Below the pieces are notes generated by a model. It saw nothing but the letters and a program-made list of their open reading frames with translations, ran no database searches and had not been told where the DNA came from. Made by a program: the position numbers and the translations under genes. 64,000 nucleotides of DNA from Chlorokybus atmophyticus (lineage: Eukaryota > Plantae > Mesostigma and Chlorokybus algae): assembly GCA_009103225.1 (NCBI GenBank), contig RHPI01002112.1, positions 382,634 through 446,633 on the forward strand, read 5' to 3'. This document shows positions 60,267-64,000 of the stretch, one piece after another. Every line of letters starts with the position of its first letter. Position 1 is the stretch's first letter.

Positions 60267-63200
60267 ATGGATCATGGCAGGCGTCAGCAATGGGGCTGTC
60301 CAACATGCATCACCAACATTGGACAAACCAGCAGGCAAGCCATTAAAGACCATCTTCACACAGAGAGCTGCTTGGTGGCTCGCTTTCTGCAACATGGAGT
60401 GGATCAGGAGCTGCAGTCCTTGGAGCCCCTTGTCAGAACCATGCGGGACCATTTGCGGCTGTGGGAACAAGCACAAAGGAATGCAGAGGTATGCTCAACA
60501 GTCACATGCATTTCCTTGCAAGAGCAATTTATTTTTTAGCGCAGTCCATGTGATATATGTAGCGTGGCTGCAGGCCTCCACTATTCACCCATACCCACCC
60601 TACAGTCAAGCCAACATTGCGGAAGCAAGAGCAGATAGACAGAGCCGGGCGGCGGTATGTTGTTGCCAATCTCGCTGTGCATGTTGACTGCAATGTCGGC
60701 TCCAATGCATGCCTACCTTTCCATGCTAGGATGTGCATGAGCGTGCGAAGTCGCGCGCGCGTGCCGAACGAAGTAGGCTGGGTTTGAGCACAGGAGCGCG
60801 TGGCCATTCGTCCGGCATTCAACCAATAGTGCATCAACCAGCAATGACGCAGTCCATGCAATCATTCGTGCATCAACCAGCAATGCCGCAGGTGACTGTT
60901 CGAAGCAACCAACTGATGACGGTGTGACGCAGTTGACTATTGCAATTGCAGTGTCGCAAGCATGCAGCTAACCCACATGTGATTGGTTGACAGCACCACA
61001 GTGCACTAAGTCCTGTTGGAGCTCCTATGCAAGCCTGGATTCAATCCCATCAACTGGTCCTTTAATCCCACTTGCTGATGGGCGCGGCGGCAATGCGGCA
61101 TCAGTTTAACATGCATGTTGGCCTGTTGAATCCCAATATGTCCAATGGGGCAGTGGCGCATGATGTGCCCATGGCTCAAGAGCTCCGTGACGAGTCTGCC
61201 ATTGAGGGTGGCGGGGAGAGTGCAGCCAATACCACCTTGTCAGCCCCCATGGCTTCCCCTGCTCCATGCAGCCCACGGGCCATTGAGGTAAGTCGCTGTC
61301 TTTTATGCTCGTGCCTTGGTAACAATGCGTCAGGCACTGCATAAGCTTATATTCGTCCTTTGCAACATTGTGAGCCATCTTATCCTGGGTCCTGTATACA
61401 GCCCCCCTTGCTGCATGCACAAGTGGTCTCACCTGCAGCTCCTGCTCCCCTCCCAGCCAGAGCGCAACCACCTTCCGCGGCACCAGTCCTTCATGCACTG
61501 CCATCTCCTCCACGAGCAGCACCGGTGATTGCGGGGCAACAATCCTTCTTGCCGCCACCGGCGAGACCACAGCACAATGCAACAACCGATGTGGCTTCTG
61601 CACCTACCTTACCCCACCCGCTGCAAGTTGAAGCCGGCAGTCTGCCCCAAATTCAGGTACTTTATCAGTCACTGTGACTCTTGCCGTCCACAGTTGGACA
61701 CACCATGTGAGTGCTGTATGCGCATGCAGCAGGGGTCACCACCTGCCAGCGAGTCATCAGAGGAGCTGGCCGCAACCCACATCCGGCCATCAGTCATGCT
61801 AGGTGGCCAGCTCGCCTTATGGGACCACTTCAATGCGCCAACGGATGGTAACTGCTTCTACCATTGTGTATTTCGCGCCAGGCCATCCATAGCGCAAAGT
61901 GTCCTGGATGATCACAAGTGCCCCAGCTCGAGCAGATTTTGGGCCATGCTGGACACCATGGACGACGACGGCAGGGGGCACACTCTCCGCAAAATCACCG
62001 CCAAGGCTGTCGATGCAGGCGTGGCGAGCAGAATCCTAGACTTCTGCAGAGCCACTGGTGCCGCGGGAGAGATGGCGCAGTATTACGACAAACTGCCTGC
62101 GACCATGTTGGCTGATATCAACTGCAACATTGACCTAGCCATGGCCAAGGTGCGACAGATCGTGCGGAGAAAAGATGTGAAATTCGAGCACCTGCAGATG
62201 ACCATGTTTGCCAACAAGCTGGGCTTGTTGATTGGCTGCGTGACCGTTCAGCGCGAGCATGGGGAGTGGGTGCCACGGCCCGACAGCGCAGTTTGAGTTG
62301 GAAATAAAGAAGCCCCCAACTCAGTCCTGATGGTGGGCAACACTGCTCCTGATGAGCCAGAAGCACACTTTTGGCTCCTCAAGCCTGCAAGCACCGAACA
62401 GTGGTCGTGGCCTATGCATGAAGTGCCACTGGAGGTAACACACGTGATCGGAGAGTGGCGGTATGGCGTTGCCAATTCCCCGCTACCACCGGCTGTGACC
62501 CAGAGTGCTGCGCCAACGCCTCAGGCCTCGCCTTCGTGTGCTAGGCAAGAAGTAGCCGAGTGTTCTGCACATCCTGCCTCCCCTCAACCACAGCCACATG
62601 CTCGCAATCCCAATTCAGCACCCTCCCTTCCTGCCGCGGAGACTCACTTGCCACCGCACTCTGACCATCCGGAGGCATCTCCATCAAGAAGCAGCTGTAG
62701 CTCGCCCTCTCCCTCTAAGCTTGCCACATTGATCCCAGCCTGTCTTGTTGGTAAAGAGATTGATCGAGGTGTCCTGAAAGCTGCGCTGAAAGACAAAGGC
62801 TTCATGCTCGACCTCATGAAGCAACATGAGGTCGTGGAGGAACGGGAGGCAACCAACAAGCGCAAGGCTGTGGAGCAAGAAGATAACGCCTTACCTCCTC
62901 TGAGTGACAGTGCCACGGAGAGCGCCTGCCAGGATGTGCAGGGTGACAAAAAAAAAAAGAAGAAGGTTGTTGGAACAAAGGAAGCTGACAGGACCAAAAA
63001 AGGAAAGGTGAGGCATCGTTACAACATTAGAAGAAGCGCAGCGCCTTGAAGCCTCACTGGGACTGACTGTGTGTCCTGAGTAGGCACAGGCGGGTTTACA
63101 GCGTCAAGTGGCTGCTCAGCATCGTCCAGACAGCCGGTGCGGCACGAGCTGCCTAAGCTCAAAGCACCGACGCGCAGACGCTTTGGGGGGCTGACTCGTA

Positions 63201-63817
63201 GTGCAAAGGAGTTGATCACCCTACAGTACGCCCAAGACGCGCTGCATCACCGCATGCGGCATGCCTCGAGGTGGGTGACGAAAGTTTGCAATAAGTGGGA
63301 GCAAACGCGGAGAATGCGGTCTAAACAGACCTCTGGGGATTGGCCGTGGTTGGAACCCATACACGATATGGCCATCCGTAGTACGTTGTTGCCCCTCGCC
63401 GTCCTCGATATGATGGTGTTGTTGCTGCCGCAGCACCCCGGCAATGTGCAAGAGCTATCTGCGGAGCAGAACTTCGACCTGCTGCAGCAGATGTACCTGT
63501 CGATGTCGACTAATGCGGGTCGAGATGTGTGCCACTACCTGAGCAAACATACTGGGTGGCAAGTAAAACCATTCGAGCTGTACTTGGCATGCTTTGGCTG
63601 GCAGTGGCTGTATGTCATACGGCACGTCGAGCTGATTCTGTGGAAGCTCGAAGAAAATGACGATGCGGGGGAGTACACGAGTGACGACAGCCATGTCGAG
63701 GGCCTGGATGAACGCATGCTGGACGAGACCACCAAGACCAGCAGGTGGTGTATGGCGGCAGATGGGCATCAGGTGATCGAGCAGGCAGTGGAGCGTTATG
63801 CTGCGCCATTCAGATGA
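60267..63817 (+). pseudogene. Zinc-finger plus OTU-like cysteine protease (deubiquitinase-like) gene; one in-frame TGA, and the join to the last exon is uncertain
   Basis: Exon 1 has WGCPTCITNIGQTSRQAIKDHLHTESC (C2HC-type finger) and a Pro-rich linker follows. The OTU Cys box FNAPTDGNCFYHCV lies in ORF 61529-62296. The His box EAHFWLL is in the same frame after the TGA at 62294-62296. ORF 63137-63817 downstream is Trp-rich. Confidence 0.7.
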
Positions 63818-64000
63818 GAGTCGCTACGCCTGCAACGCGATAACAGAGTTTGGTGGCAGAGGCAACTTGCACACCCGCGTGCACCATGTGTGCTGATCTG
63901 TCGCATTGAAGAGCCACCCCCCCCAGCGGATGGGGAGACGCCCTGTTGCAAGAAAGCGATGTGCCATGTCTGCATCATAGCACATCAGAAGACTGTGGCA

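Noticed and set aside
49370-62296. Alternative genetic code (TGA=Trp or TAG readthrough), suggested by in-frame stops at conserved positions
   Set aside because: Host genes in the window end in TGA (kinase, TBC, cyclophilin), TAG (RING) and TAA (F-box, MNS4). The stops are confined to TE-derived ORFs that also carry frameshifts.

Overview
Eukaryotic, intron-rich (GT-AG) nuclear DNA from a draft assembly, with N-gaps at 6339-6818, 14002-14420 and 43142-43171. Gene content and style suggest a green alga or early streptophyte, but I cannot confirm the taxon. The window has three zones. (1) 1-15 kb is GC-rich, microsatellite-laden and gene-dense: PDH E1-alpha, an LRR protein, an AGC kinase fused to a myosin-TH1-like domain, a small COX5B-like gene and an F-box protein. 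(2) 17-39 kb holds housekeeping genes: a RING-H2 E3 ligase, a TBC Rab-GAP, a membrane-anchored cyclophilin divergent from an MNS4/EDEM mannosidase, and a Ser-rich orphan. (3) 41-64 kb is a transposon nest: a complete PIF/Harbinger element (TIRs, TAA TSD, transposase and Myb genes), nested and inverted chromovirus (Ty3/gypsy) pieces, a tRNA-like element, and a multi-gene Mutator-like locus. That locus is the most unusual part. It has a decayed MULE transposase, a small piggyBac-type Cys-rich gene, an unknown 7-exon gene and a zinc-finger/OTU deubiquitinase-like gene, interspersed with palindromes and a 53-bp array. Several near-exact duplications sit next to Ns and poly-C/G and may be gap-filling artefacts. 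All exon calls were made by eye.
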